64,000 nucleotides of DNA. Source: Chiloscyllium plagiosum (Eukaryota). This document shows positions 50,007 to 62,598 of the stretch, one piece after another. Each line of letters opens with the position of its first letter. The first letter of the stretch is position 1. Both the position numbers and the translations under genes were made by a program. Below the pieces are notes generated by a model. The model made no database searches, was not told where the DNA came from, and saw only the letters and a list, made by a program, of their open reading frames with translations. The stretch is taken from the NCBI RefSeq assembly GCF_004010195.1, contig NC_057729.1:56814792-56878791 (forward strand). The letters are read 5' to 3'.

Positions 50007-51396
50007 TGCTTCCAATTAAACCTGTTGGACTATAACCTGGTGTTGTGTGATTTTTAACTTTATTTTCTGTGACTGACTAGTCACTCAACCTGCTGTTGGT
50101 TTCAAATTCCTCTACACAATTTGCCAGATGTCATTTTTTAGTATCACCAATAATTTTTGCGGACATTCCTTTTGTTTCTACACCCAAGCCATTCATATAA
50201 AATACACCCTTTCCCAATCCAAAGAAAAATTAATTCTCCCTTTTTCCTGCAAGTCCTCTCTCCATCTACATTTGCACTCTGTTTAATTACATTTGTACAG
50301 TTACTGCTGATAGAGTCCAAATCTGGCACAGAGATCTGTTTAGGAAAATCATGGAGACATTTATAGATATAATACACTACACCACTGCAAGTTACTATTT
50401 CAAGCATGTTCGGATCATGAGAATATCACAAGTTCAACACTGCTGACCTCCAGAGCAGTAACATACTGAATAATCTTCGTCTGAGAATCTGTGTTTTCAT
50501 TCAGTTCAGAAAACAGTCCAATTATTCTTCAAATCCAGAAGTTTTCCCTGTTTTTATTTATTTCCAAACGTTTGGCAGAGCCCACCACAGCTCACATCAC
50601 ACATAGACTGAGAGATTATATTGGCTGAAGGGTCATAACTTTTGCCACTTGTATTCTTCCAAGTGCTGGGCTTGGCGGAGCTGACACTGTTTGCTTTTCA
50701 ATGATCCACCCATAGTAGAGTGAGGAATCCAGCATTCTATATGAGTATAATCCTGTTCCCTGGATGCTGCCTGACCTGCTGTGCTTTTCCAGCAACACAT
50801 TTTCAGCTGTAATGGGAATATGGCTGCTTTGTAACCTTACACGAAGTAACAGGATGAAAAGGTTTTCCTTTACTTAAGATCTACTTGAAAAAAGATAACT
50901 GTTAGTTATATTTCCCATTATTCTAGTCCTGTCTGTGGCATAGGTCCCAATATGACCCTGGATTTCAGAAAGACCGTACTATAGAGGAAAAGTAAATGCT
51001 GTATATCCAAGTGATCTCATGGAGGGGCAAGGGGAGAAGGTGTAGGAAAATTAATTTGAATACAGTTTCTCTACTCACACCTGAGTTATAGTTTTCAACT
51101 GTGGAACACTGACCAGTTTGAGTAACTGTGTAGGAGTAAATTACTGCTACTCCTGTACGGAATCTGTACTGAAAACAAAAAATGCTGGAGAACACAGTGG
51201 ATCAGGCAGCATCCATTGAGAGAAACCAAGCTAACGTTTCGAGTCATCTAGATTCTAAACATTAACTTGCTTTCTCTCCATGAATGCTACCTGACCCATT
51301 GTGATCTCCAGCATTTATTTTGTTTTGAGTAACCTATGTCACTGAGCATCTCTGATTCAGCTCTGATGCATCATTGCTGGCTTTTTGCTCTATTAG

Positions 51397-51485
51397 AGGT
51401 CAGCACAAGATGCCGCAGTCCGGGGCTTTGTTCGTTACGGGTGGCGATGGAGCTGGAGAGTCGCTGTGTTTGTAGCAATATTCAA
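51397..51485 (+). CDS. TIMMDC1: TIMMDC1 coding exon 3 (89 bp)
   Basis: [29 protein letters not shown]; TAG acceptor and AA|GTAAGT donor. Confidence 0.95.
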
Positions 51486-51582
51486 GTAAGTGAAATATTA
51501 AGCCATTTTCATTGTTTTCTTAAAGATGGTTGTAGATAGCAGGTTAAAAAAAGGGCAGCCTTTTTTGTAACATATGTTACAA

Positions 51583-51887
51583 AGGGCGGCACGGTGGCCC
51601 AGTGGTTAGCACTGCTGCCTCACAGCGCCTGTAGACCCGGGTTCAATTCCCGACTCAGGCGACTGACTGTGTGGAGTTTGCACATTCTCCCCGTGTCTGC
51701 GTGGGTTTCCTCCGGGTGCTCCGGTTTCCTCCCACAGTCCAAAGATGTGCGGGTCAGGTGAATTGGCCATGCTAAATTGCCCGTAGTGTTAGGGTAAAGG
51801 TAGGGGTATGGGTGGGTTGCGCTTCGGCGGGTCGGTGTGGACTTGTTGGGCCGAAGGGCCTGTTTCCACACTGTAAGTAATCTAATC
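51583..51887 (+). mobile_element. HE1/V-SINE-type SINE, full length and CpG-rich (young)
   Basis: GGGCGGCACGGTGGCCCAGTGGTTAGC...GGTTCAATTCC, V domain and tail. Confidence 0.92.
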
Positions 51888-51949
51888 ATATGTGTTGGAA
51901 CTGCTTTTTGTATTTCTTATCTACAAACAAAATACCGGTATACTTAGTA

Positions 51950-52365
51950 ATGGAATGAATTACATTTATGCAACATTTTCACAAACGAAGAATATCCCAA
52001 AGTGTATTTCAGCCAGTGAATAACTCTAAACATGGAATGACTGCAGCAATATAGGAATCACAGCAACCAATTTGCAGGCAGCAAGATCTTGAAATTTGTG
52101 ACTAAATAATCTGTCTTGTCTTGGTATTGCTGGTTGAATGCTAAATATTGTCCAGGACGAGCTTTTCACCTTCCATTAGTACCATTTTACACCTGAATGA
52201 AGGATTTGGAATAATATCGTCCAAGAAACTGTATCTTTGGCAGAGCAGCACTCTCTCGGTACTGCAATAAATTGTAGCTTAGGTTAACTGCTCAAGTCCA
52301 TAGAATCTAATTTGAGCCCATAAGCTTAACTCAAAAGAGTGCTACTGCTCTAAGGCTGACTATGT
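51950..52365 (-). mobile_element. SacSINE1/Deu-SINE-like ancient SINE
   Basis: Minus strand shows head (TGCAGTACCGAGAGAGTGCTGC), Deu-like core (GTCCTGGACAATATTTAGCATTCAACCAGCA...CAGATTATTTAGTC...CTTGCTGCCTGCAAATTGGTTGC) and tail; partial plus-strand copy at about 56615-56745. Confidence 0.6.
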
Positions 52366-53640
52366 TACTATATGTGTACTCTGTACAGAAAAGAGGGACT
52401 ACAGTTCTTTTCTTTGGCTTGAATATTCAACATGAGAAGGTGTTTTAGAGATGATCTGCACTTGCTGTAAAGTGTAATTACCCTACATTAATTCACCATC
52501 TGGTCAGTCTGTCTGTGCTTTATTTTTCCTTTTGGGGGGAGGGGGGGTGAGAGTATTGATTATAATGTGATAGAGACCTTTAAAGTGGTCTGTGGGACAT
52601 TCAAGTCAAAACAACAGCTGATTGCAGAATATGCTACAGCAGCTAGTAGTTTGTTCCTTTAATTGGATGACAATCCCAAAGTGCTAATTCTTATCGCACT
52701 AATAGGCTATTCCTGTAACCTCTGTAATATGAGTGGAAGTAGAGTGTGAAGAGAGGAGCAATCAGAGATCTAAACTGTTGATCTGCACACAACTGAAAAT
52801 AAATTGGAAAGTCAATATGCCCTACAGGGTGGTATCTAGCTTTGCATGTGTTTTCCAAGATGTTGTTTTGAGAATCTTGGCATCCAATCTCAAGAGAACA
52901 ACTAAACAAATGAGTAATTTCTATTATCTCAGATTACCTCATAAACAGTTCATTGGCAGCTTACCATTAAGATTTGTGTTGCTATTTCGAAAGGAAACCA
53001 GTTCCCTTGGGCCCTCAGGGGTAGGCAGGAATGTGGATTTGAGAGATTACAATCAGAATGAGGAAAAGAATTGAGGGATGTCGTAGCATTTAATAAATAG
53101 TGACTTGGTCATACATAACTGTGATACAATCTCTCAGGAACATTTTAATTATATCTGTACTTCTGTGTTAGATGGTGTTAATGTTATTGGACTAGTAATT
53201 CAGAGGCTCAGGCTGATGTTCTTGGGATACAGGTTCAGATTCCAGCACAACAACTGGAGAAATTCCAATACAGTTAAGTAAATCTGGAAAATGAAGCTTT
53301 TCTAATGTTGCAACTACCACTGATTGCTGTAAAAACCCAGCTGGTTCAATAAAGCCTGAAAAGTGCAGAAATCTGCCATCCTTACCTGGTCTGGCCTACG
53401 TGTGCCTCCAGAGCCACACTAATGTAGTTGATTCTTGACTGTGCTCTAAAATGACCAGCAAACCACAGTTCAAGGGTCATTAGGAATAGAGCCAAGCAAT
53501 ACTCTCATCCTATAAAGAGCAAATTAAAATATGTAGTTATTATGGTGTATACTTGAAAAGTCTTTTTTCTTGATAGGGCATATAGATATAATTGCGCAGG
53601 CTGAACTTATTGATTAATTTACTGTTGATATTTCACACAG

Positions 53641-53708
53641 CACAGTTAGCACAGGTCTGTCTGTGTATCATGATCAGAATCTTCTGAGGCACTACTCTAC
53701 AGCTGGAG
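53641..53708 (+). CDS. TIMMDC1: TIMMDC1 coding exon 4 (68 bp)
   Basis: TVSTGLSVYHDQNLLRHYSTAG; CAG acceptor and G|GTAGGA donor. Confidence 0.93.
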
Positions 53709-54841
53709 GTAGGAGTCTACTTTAATCGTTGCTTAAATCTGGAATGATTATATATTTTCTTCCTAATAGCGCAGAAATGGGTCATTCAGTCCAAATGGTC
53801 CATTCTAACATTTATATTTCTCATAACTGTCCTATTTCTCCTCTTCTCCCCCTATTAACATAACCTTTCTCCCTGATATACCTATTAAGTTTTCACTTAA
53901 ATGCCTTAACTTTTCCATGTGGTAGTGAATTCCACATTTTAAGCGGTCTGGGTAAATAATTTTTTTCCTGTTTTTATTTTTGTTTTAAATTAGATCTATT
54001 CGTGGTTTTCTTTTATCCATGGTCCCATAACTTTGCTGTTACCCAAAGGTCTTGTCTCTGTTGCTTATCTTCCACTTTGTTCATCTGACTTTCACCACAT
54101 GGAGTATGCCCAGCTGGAAATCCTTCATATCTGAGGCTAAACAATGAAATGGAATTGAGTATTCAACCATGGAAATATCACAGCTCAAACATTATCATTT
54201 CCTTGTCTTTCTTGACACATGTCCTTTCACAGACACCTACACATCTTCATAAAATAATCAAGTACAGGGATCTAGAAAAATTGTATTTGTTTGAAATCCT
54301 CTCTTCTCATCACCATTGAAACCAATTTTTCTATTCCATAAGACCAGGCAATGAATTATAGAACCGAAGCCTAATCCCTACACACCGTTTTAAGCATTTA
54401 TTTAGGGATATGCACCTCCTAGCTCAACCATTGAAATTCCAGCCTGTTCCTAATTGTAGAAATACAAATGAATCCCCAGTTAATTCTCTTCATTGTATAA
54501 AATTAAACTCACATTTACTATAGAATTAACACCTCACTCAACACAGCTTGTAACTTGAACCTAGAATAGCCTTGTTTGTGTTGCATAGCTGTACACTGTC
54601 ATTCCAAATCAAGTCACCAGGGACTTTACTCATCGTACTCTGTTTAATACTGAGACATGGTAAACTGAGAAGTCTGGGACCAACAGGCAAAGCAGAAGAA
54701 ATATTCTTCTGAAACCAGAGTTCATTCACAATATACGAGCACTTTATTAAGGATTTCAGTTTTGTTTGATTTGTTGAAACTATCTGCATGCTTATTTATC
54801 ACTGTGAGCTAATATTTAAAAAGTTACTGCTTTTGTTTTAG

Positions 54842-54920
54842 CAATCACAGGAGGACTATTCCGGATGAATCTTGGATTGGGTGGATTCTTAGCAGGCACA
54901 GCCATTGGTGCCATAATGGG
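54842..54920 (+). CDS. TIMMDC1: TIMMDC1 coding exon 5 (79 bp)
   Basis: AITGGLFRMNLGLGGFLAGTAIGAIMG (Tim17-family glycine-rich TM); TAG acceptor and GG|GTGAGT donor. Confidence 0.95.
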
Positions 54921-55869
54921 GTGAGTTCATAACTATCAGAGATTGAAAATTAACTATGTATGTATGCATTTATTTATTTATTTATTTATTTACTGAATGT
55001 AATCCCTGAAGCCAAATGATCACATCCTCATTTGCTGAGTTTAAGATTATTCCACCATTTACTCCAGAGGGAACACGCCTTACTCTATAGAGAGACCACC
55101 ACTTGGTAACATTCAGCATGGTTTGTGTCTGTCCATATGTGCATAAGGCATTTGTACTGAGGCTGCAGCAGTAGAGTTTGGCTATGCGTGAACTCCAGTT
55201 TATCCTGAATCTTTTCAGCAAGGACCCCTGTAGCTGTGGTAATTCCAAATTTGCCATTCAACAGAATGGGTTTGTAACAGAGAACTTGTTAGTGACTTCC
55301 CGTGTTTCCCATTCTTGAACCAAAGGATCTTGCTGAGGAAGATTCTGCCATATGGCACAACAGAAGGCAGACAATAAATGTGTTGAACAAGTTGTCATGA
55401 TTGCGGTGCAGCATGAATGGTTTCAATCAGCTGTGAGTTTTCATTATTCAGTGAATAATGTAAGGAAGTGATATTTATGAGGACATGAAGTCAGGGACGG
55501 GGTGTTGAACAGAGGATTCCAGCTTTGATGCACATTGTTGACGCTCAATTGAATGCAACAATACGTGATGACCTACGCCAGGCAGATGCATAACACTCTG
55601 CTGTACAGTATGATAGGCTAAGGGCTAAGATCCGGGCAGTTGTGACAGCAGTGCCCTGGTAGATCTAACAGGTTGTTCTTGTTTTGACTGTTTTGCTACT
55701 GCTTTCTTCAGTTATTCCTGAAAAGATTATCCTATCTGAAGTAAATTAATTCTGTTGAGGTGGGGTCATGGTTTAGTGTCTGACCATGCATGTAAGTATG
55801 CAATTCTTTTTTTGTTGCTTGCATTAAGGAAATAGAATACACTGGATATAGTTTTACTGTGAGACTCCA

Positions 55870-56090
55870 TGTGCTGCAATAGTCCATCAAGTTGTAACAT
55901 CTTCGTTAAGGATCTACTCCATGGAACAGACAGTTAGGTGACACAAAAGATGTCATCAGCATTGATGAACTTACAAGATGTAGTTCTTCACCACTTATTT
56001 GTATATTTTTGAATAGCATTGAGTATGTGATAGTCTGTTGGCCTCGCTGATATTCTCCATGATGTTCTTGCACATGTTTGTCCCTGATTC
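55870..56090 (-). mobile_element. Probable Crypton (tyrosine recombinase) fossil fragment
   Basis: Minus frames SGTNMCKNIMENISEANRLS / KYTNKW*RTTS...NADDIFCVT* / HGVDP resemble G.N....M..IS..A.LS..YTNH..RAT...I..VTGH....L..Y. Confidence 0.5.
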
Positions 56091-56094
56091 AGTA

Positions 56095-56612
56095 TAGAGT
56101 CATAGAGATGTACAGCACAGAAACAGACCCTTCGGTCCACTCATCCATGCTGACCAGATATCCCAACCCAATCTAGTCCCACCTGCCAGCACCTGGCTCA
56201 TATCCCTCCAAACCCTTCCTATTCATATACCCATCCAGATGCCTCTTAAATGTTGCACTTGTACCAGCCTCCACCACTTCCTCTGGCAGTTCATTCCATA
56301 CATGTACCACCCTCTGTGTGGAAAACGTTGCCCCTTAGGTCTCTTTTATATCTTTCTCCTCTCACCCTAAACTTATGCCCTCTAGTTTTGGACTCCCCCA
56401 CTCCAGGGAAAATACTTTGTCTATTTATCCTATCCATGCCCCTCATGATTTTATAAACCTCTATAAGGTCACCCCTCAGCTTCTGACGCTCTAGGGAAAA
56501 CAGCCCTAGTCTATTCAATCTCTCCCTATAGCTCAAATCCTCCAACCCTGGCAACATCCTTGTAAATCTTTTCTGAACCCTTTCAAGTTTCACAACATCT
56601 TTCCGATAGGAA
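56095..56612 (-). mobile_element. CR1 LINE 3' end (young)
   Basis: [54 protein letters not shown]. Confidence 0.92.
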
Positions 56613-57260
56613 ATATCATTAAAATAGATTATTTAGTCATATATTTCATTGCTATTTACTGTCCTCACAGCTTGAGTATACAGATTAGCTGCCCACAGTT
56701 CTGAGATTACAACAGTGACTACACTTCCAAAAGGCTTCATTGCAACAAACTGCAGTAGGTAGCCAACAAGTTGGTATTAGCTGCTGTTTTGCTTACTTGT
56801 CTTATTCTGGAAGCTGGGATGATCGGAATTGGTTCACTACTGGTTTTCTGTAGTAACATAAAAACATCTAGAGTATTCCAAACTAGACTTTATTAATAAA
56901 GCAACGTTTGCAACTAGTTAGTATGTAGTTGAAAGGCATTTGTCTATTTTGACCATAACCTCACTCTCACACTCCTATCTGAAATGACAGTAACTGTACT
57001 GTGAAGCACAGAGAAGTTGGAGGCTGCTGAGGGTACACAATTTTGCTTTTGCTAAATTTGTACTTTATCCACTATTAAATATTTTTAAATCTTGAAAATT
57101 AGCCACTCAGTGAAGAGAGAAAAACCATCAATCTAGTACACATTTAAAGAGTACTCACAGGAAATTTTCAGTCCAAATCTAAGTTAATTATTGAATTTTG
57201 GGTTGTGAATAATTTGTATTGACATCTAGATAAGAATCTCACTGTTGTTTTATCTTTCAG

Positions 57261-57371
57261 AGTTCCTGCAGGGTCATTGATCCTGGCAATGCAGAAAGTT
57301 GGTGGAGAGACTGTCAGGGAACGTAAACGTAGAGAGCGACGAGAGATTTACGAACTTAAGTTGGAAGAATG
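57261..57371 (+). CDS. TIMMDC1: TIMMDC1 coding exon 6 (111 bp)
   Basis: VPAGSLILAMQKVGGETVRERKRRERREIYELKLEEW; CAG acceptor and TG|GTATGA donor. Confidence 0.95.
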
Positions 57372-57528
57372 GTATGAAGTGATAATTCTGTGATCATGAA
57401 TAAACTGCTGTAATTAGGGTAGCATAGAGGAGAAATGTTTGTAAAATGTCTTATGAGAGTAATGTATTTTTTAAAATGTACTCTTCCTATAAATGTTAAT
57501 ATTTTGATCTTTTGAACAGTACAGTTCT

Positions 57529-57842
57529 AAGATTAGATTCCCTACAGTGCGGAAACCGGCCCTTTGACCCAACAAGTCCACACTTGCCCTCCGAAGAGCA
57601 ACCTACTCAGACCCATTCCCTTCTGACAAATGCACCTAACACTACGGGCAATTTTAGCATGGCCAATTCACCTAACCTGCACATCTTTGGACTGTGGGAG
57701 GAAACCGGAGCACCCGGAGGAAACCCACGCAGACACTGGGAGAACATGCAAACTCCACACAGACAGTTGCCCGAGGCAGGAATTGAACCCGGGTCCCTGG
57801 TGCTGTGAGGCAGCAGTGCTAACCACTGAGCTACGTGCCGCC
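57529..57842 (-). mobile_element. HE1/V-SINE-type SINE
   Basis: Full-length reverse copy. Confidence 0.9.
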
Positions 57843-58104
57843 TTAAACATATTCTCTTTTTCTGTTCAAGCACTGAGGAGACTGGCATCCATTTCCTGTA
57901 ATTTCAGTATTGATCATCCACTGAAATCACTGTTAATGTGCAGATTTCATGGGAAAAACTAGGAGATTGGCAACTAGTTAAAATGCTTGGGAACCAGAGC
58001 AGATAGGTTAAGTGGCTCCTTTTGCTCTATAACAATTTTATTTATCAGCAGTTTCTTAATGCCATTGTGTTTGTTTTTATTACATTCATGTATCATCTCT
58101 CTAG

Positions 58105-58243
58105 GAGAGCCAGATTACATCTAACAGAAGGTTTAATTGATGAAATTGCTGGAAAAGATTCAGCAGAAAATGATTTGGAGAAATTAGAAGAGCTATTAAA
58201 TAAGCCCAGAAATCCAGAGTCTTCGGTTAAAGAGAAAATCTGA
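58105..58243 (+). CDS. TIMMDC1: TIMMDC1 coding exon 7 (terminal)
   Basis: RARLHLTE...ENDLEKLEELLNKPRNP...TGA. The spliced CDS is 906 nt (301 aa) from 45699 or 828 nt (275 aa) from 45777. Confidence 0.95.
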
Positions 58244-59080
58244 CTGGATTGGGGAATTGAGAAGACGTTTGTGTGAATGACACCAACTGCAGTAGATGTC
58301 TTAAAAAAAAAATTGTCTGAGTCAGTTAACGAAAAATGCGTTCTTGATTTAACTAAAGAACAGTACAGTCAAAGTAAATTCCTAAGCTGAATTGATCAGC
58401 ACTAGGACACCTGGAATTTGTCTTGTATAATTATTATATTATGGTAATCTTATAATTGTGAACATATGTGACTACGAGCATATTGAAGATGTCCATTGGG
58501 ATTTGTTCGTAATGTTCCCTCCGAATGCAACATTTTGAAGAGTTAGAAAAGCACTGTCTTTGAAAATGGTAAATCAGTTGACCATTGTTACACCCTCATT
58601 ACTATAATTGTTCTAACATGTCTAATGTGCTCTTGCTGCATTGGAGAGTTGAGTAAATTTACTCCAAACCTTGTTCAGTAATCATTCATAATGATTTATA
58701 GGAAATCAACTTGTCTGTGTGTGGCTGGGAGTTCTCTATCCAAAGAAATGAACTAACCATTTCTCATGGCCACATGAATGACCAGGATTCGAATTGCATC
58801 TCCTGGTTCTCCCTGGACACGTTCACTGAATGCCCAGTGCCACCCAGCACTTGTCTTGTATAACAATGATTGGAGTTTAGTTTGCAGTTTTGTGGTATTT
58901 TTAATAGCAGGTTAAAAATTTGACATTAATTCCTGTTAATGATTATGATTGAATATAGCAAAAAAGAAGTTTGTATCACATATTAAAACAATCACTGAAA
59001 AAGTGGGCAGTATGAATGAAACCCATGTGATTTGAGAACTTGAATTTAAAACTTGTGTTGAAAACACATTCTGATCTTAT

Positions 59081-59205
59081 AATAAAATGTTATCATTGTG
59101 CTGGTAAAGAGTGTAACTGAACTAATATGATAAAATCTAAATTATAACCAGTCAATGAAAGGTAAATTCTGTTCACTGCGGAATGTGATTTGTGGTCACA
59201 ATAAA
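59081..59205 (+). terminator. Candidate TIMMDC1 poly(A) signals
   Basis: AATAAA at 59081-59086 and 59200-59205 (also ATTAAA 58982-58987) ending a largely repeat-free 3'UTR. Confidence 0.55.
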
Positions 59206-59464
59206 GTCTTTCAAATTTGTGCTATATTACAGCAGAGTTCTGCAAAGTAGCAGATTTTAAAATGATTGATTATTAAACCATGAGAGTTGGAATGGTTATT
59301 TCTACTGAATGACTAAAATCTTTCGCAAGATACAACTTGGCAAAAAATAGGACTGAAGTTTTTATTCAATTTAGAAAAGAGCTAATTATATTTGAAAGGG
59401 TTCAGAAAAGGATGTTACCAGGGTTAGAAGATTTGAGCTATTGGGAGGGGATGCAAAGGACAAG

Positions 59465-61448
59465 AATGAGAACAAAGAAAATTTACAGCCCAGGAACAGG
59501 CCCTTCGGCTCTCCAAGCCTGGGTCAATCTAAATCCACTTTCTAAACTTATCGCCCAATTCTTAAGCGTCTGTATCCCTCTACTCCCAACCAACTCATGC
59601 ATCTGTCCAGATACAACTTAAATGAATCTACCATGCCTGCCTCTAATACCTCTGCTGGCAACACGTTCTAGGCACCTACCACCCTCAGTGTAAAGTACTT
59701 TCCATGTGTATCCTCCTTAAACTTTTTCACCTCTTACCTTGAACACGTGACCTCTCGTTATTTACCACTCTGGGAAACAGCTTATCTCTATCCACCCTGT
59801 ATATACCCTTCATGATTTTGTAGACCTCAATCAGTTCCCCCCCTCAATCTCCTTTTTTTCTAATGAAAACAATCCTAACCTACTCAACCTCTCTTCATAC
59901 CTGGCACCTTCTATACCAGGCAACATCCTCGTAAACCTTCTCTGCACCCTCTCCAAAGTGTCCACATCCTTTTCTAAATGCGGCCGAACCAAAGTCTTCT
60001 ACAATTTTAACATGACCTGCCAGCTCTTGTACTCAATAGCCCGTCCGATGAAGGAAACCATAACGTATGCCTTCTTGACCACTCTATCCACCTGTGTAGC
60101 TACCTTCAGAGTACAATGGACCTGAACTCCCAGATCTCTCTGCTCATCAACTTTTCCCAAGGCTCTTCTGTTTACAGTATTGTTTGTTCTAGAATTAGAC
60201 TCCCTAAATGCATCACCTCACATTTGCCTGGATTGAACTCCATCTGCCACTTTCCCATCTAATCTATCTATATTCTCCTGTATTGACAATCCCCTAAACA
60301 TTCTGCTACTCCACCAATCTTCATGTCATCTGCAAATTTACTGATCAGACCAACAATGCCCTCTTCCAGATCATTTATGTATGTTACAAACAACAGCGGC
60401 CCTAGTTACTGATCCCTATAGAACACCACTGGTCATCTTTCTCCATTTTGAGAAACTCCCTTCAACTACTACTCTGTCTCTTGTTGCTCAACCAGTTCTT
60501 TATCCACCTAGATAGAACACCCTGCACACCATGTGACTTCACTTTTTCCATTAGTTTATCATGGGGAACCTTCTCAAATGCCTTACTAAAGTCCATGTAT
60601 ATGACATCTACACCCCTTACTTCATCTATCAACTTGGTTATTTCCTCAAAGAACTCTATTAAGTTGGTAAGGCACAATCTATCTACACAAAACCATGTTG
60701 CCTATTACTAATCAGCCCATTCTTTTCCAAATAAAAACATTTTATCCCTCAGTATCTTCTCCAGCAACTTTCCCACCACTGACATCAGGCTCACTGGTCT
60801 GTTGTTACTTGGAATATCCCTGCTGCCTTTCTTGTACAGGAGGACAACATGAGCAACCCTCCAGTCATCCAGCACCTCGCCTGTGTTTAAGGATGCTACA
60901 AAGATATCTGTTAGGGCCCCAGCTATTTCCCCTCTCGCCTCCCTCAGCAACATGGTGTAGGTCCCATCCGGTCCTGGGGATTTGTCAGCCTTAATATCCT
61001 TTAGTCTACCCAACACATCCTCCCTCCTTCCTTATGTCAATGTGATCCAGAGTTAACAAACTTCTATCTCTAATTTCAGTATTTATCACCTGTTCCTCAG
61101 TGAACACTGATACAAAGTAATCATTGAGAATCTCATCCATTTTCTCAGGTTCGACATAACCTTCCTTCCTTATCCTTTAGTGGACCAACCTTTTCTCTGG
61201 TTACCCTCTTGCTTCTTATATAAGAATATAAGGCCTTGGGATTCCCCCTATTTCTGTTCACTAAAGCTATTTCATGACCCCTTTTAGCACACTTGATTCC
61301 TCGTTTAAGAATGGTCCTTCTCACCTGATATTCCTTGGGAGGCCTGTTCTGTTTTTATTGCCTGGACTTTATGTACGCTTCCCTTTTCCTCTTGGCTAGT
61401 TGCACAATTTCTCCTGTCATCCACGGTTCACGAATCTTGCCTTTCCTT
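59465..61448 (-). mobile_element. CR1 LINE ORF2 to 3' end
   Basis: KSPGPDG...DDWRVAHVVLLYKKG...RPVSLMSVVGKLLE and CLTNLIEFFEE...VDVIYMDFSKAFEKVPH. Confidence 0.92.
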
Positions 61449-61449
61449 T

Positions 61450-61812
61450 ACCTGGAGGCTGAGGGGTGTCCTTACAGAGGTTTGTAAAATCATAGGATAA
61501 ATAGACAAAGTATTTTCCCTGGGGTGGGGGAGTCCAGAACTAGAGGGTATAGGTTTAGGGTGAGAGGGGAAAGATATAAAAGAGATCCAAGGGGCAACTT
61601 TTTCACACAGAGGGAGGCACATGTTTGGAATGAGCTGCCAGAGGAAGTGGTGGAGGCTGGTACAAATACAGCATTTAAAAGGCATTTGGATGGGCATATG
61701 AATAGGAAAGGTTTAGAGGGATATAGGCCAAGGACTAGATTAAGTTAGGAGAACTAGTCAGCATAGATGAGATGGATCAACGGGTCCATTTCCATGCTGT
61801 ACATCTCTATGA
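61450..61812 (+). mobile_element. CR1 LINE 3' end
   Basis: NFFTQREAHVWNELPEEVVEAG...FKRHLD. Confidence 0.9.
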
Positions 61813-62169
61813 TGTTCCCAAAATATCATGGTGAAACCAATGAAAACAACATGTATGCATACTTGAGCAAGGTTCAGGATAGAAATAATGACTTACATTT
61901 GAACTGTTAACACTTGAGTATGGGTTGTTGAATTTGAGAAGCATTGTCTTTAGCTGGGGAGATGGAACAGACACGTATAGCATGAATGAACTGAAGGGAA
62001 TGGGAGGGTTGGAATAAAAGATGATGGAAGGAAGAAAAGGAGCTGGATTATGTCGTCAGGAAATAGGCGCTCAGAATGGGAGTTTGAAACTCACCAGTAT
62101 TCGAATTGGCTAATTCTTGTTAGGAGTCAGTAGAGATCATTCAGAAACAGATGAGATTTATTAAAGAAT

Positions 62170-62598
62170 ATAAGACAATAAGATATAGGAGCAGAATTAG
62201 GTCATTTGGCCCATCAAGTGTGCTCGATCGTGGCTGATATGTTTGTCAACCCCATTCTCCTGCCTTCTTCCCATTATGTTTGATCCCCTTACTAATCAAG
62301 AATCTCTTGCTGTCTTAAATATACTCAATGACTTGGCTTCCACAGCCCTTTGTGGCAATGAGTTCCACAGATTCGCCACCCTCTGGCTGAAGGAATTTCT
62401 CATTTGAGTGATGAAGTGTTGTCATTTCACTGTGTCCTCAGATCCTAATCTGTCCTACTAATGAAAACATTACCTTCCCATACACTTATCCAGGCCTGTC
62501 AGGAGCCTCTAAGTTTCAATGAGATCTCCCCTCATTCTTCTAAACTCCATAGAGTACAGGCTGAGAGTCCTCCAACACTCCTCATATGACAAGCTCAG
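62170..62598 (-). mobile_element. CR1-group LINE 3' end (third family)
   Basis: Minus strand LYSMEFRRMRGDLIET and FLQPEGGESVELIATK-type terminal region; TCTTAT-type tail. Confidence 0.75.

Larger units (their letters stand above)
49845..50061. mobile_element. Penelope-like palindromic insertion with two hammerhead cores (family A)
   Basis: 91-bp inverted arms 49877-49967 and 49971-50061 (1 mismatch, 3-nt loop); 14-bp TSD TTTATTTTCTGTGA (49831-49844, 50059-50072). Confidence 0.9.

Noticed and set aside
51583-51660. tRNA-like A and B boxes (also at 13312, 23806, 42385, 57842)
   Set aside because: Heads of tRNA-derived SINEs continuing into a V domain and LINE tail; no complete cloverleaf.
52733-53074. 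113-aa ORF in a TIMMDC1 intron
   Set aside because: No recognisable domain or splice context; its 3' part overlaps a LINE tail.
55442-55460. 19-bp palindrome CATTATTCA-G-TGAATAATG
   Set aside because: Short and AT-rich with no supporting context; could arise by chance or be a transposon remnant.
55565-55630. Possible intronic C/D snoRNA (GTGATGA C-box)
   Set aside because: No CTGA D-box at a suitable distance and no terminal stem.
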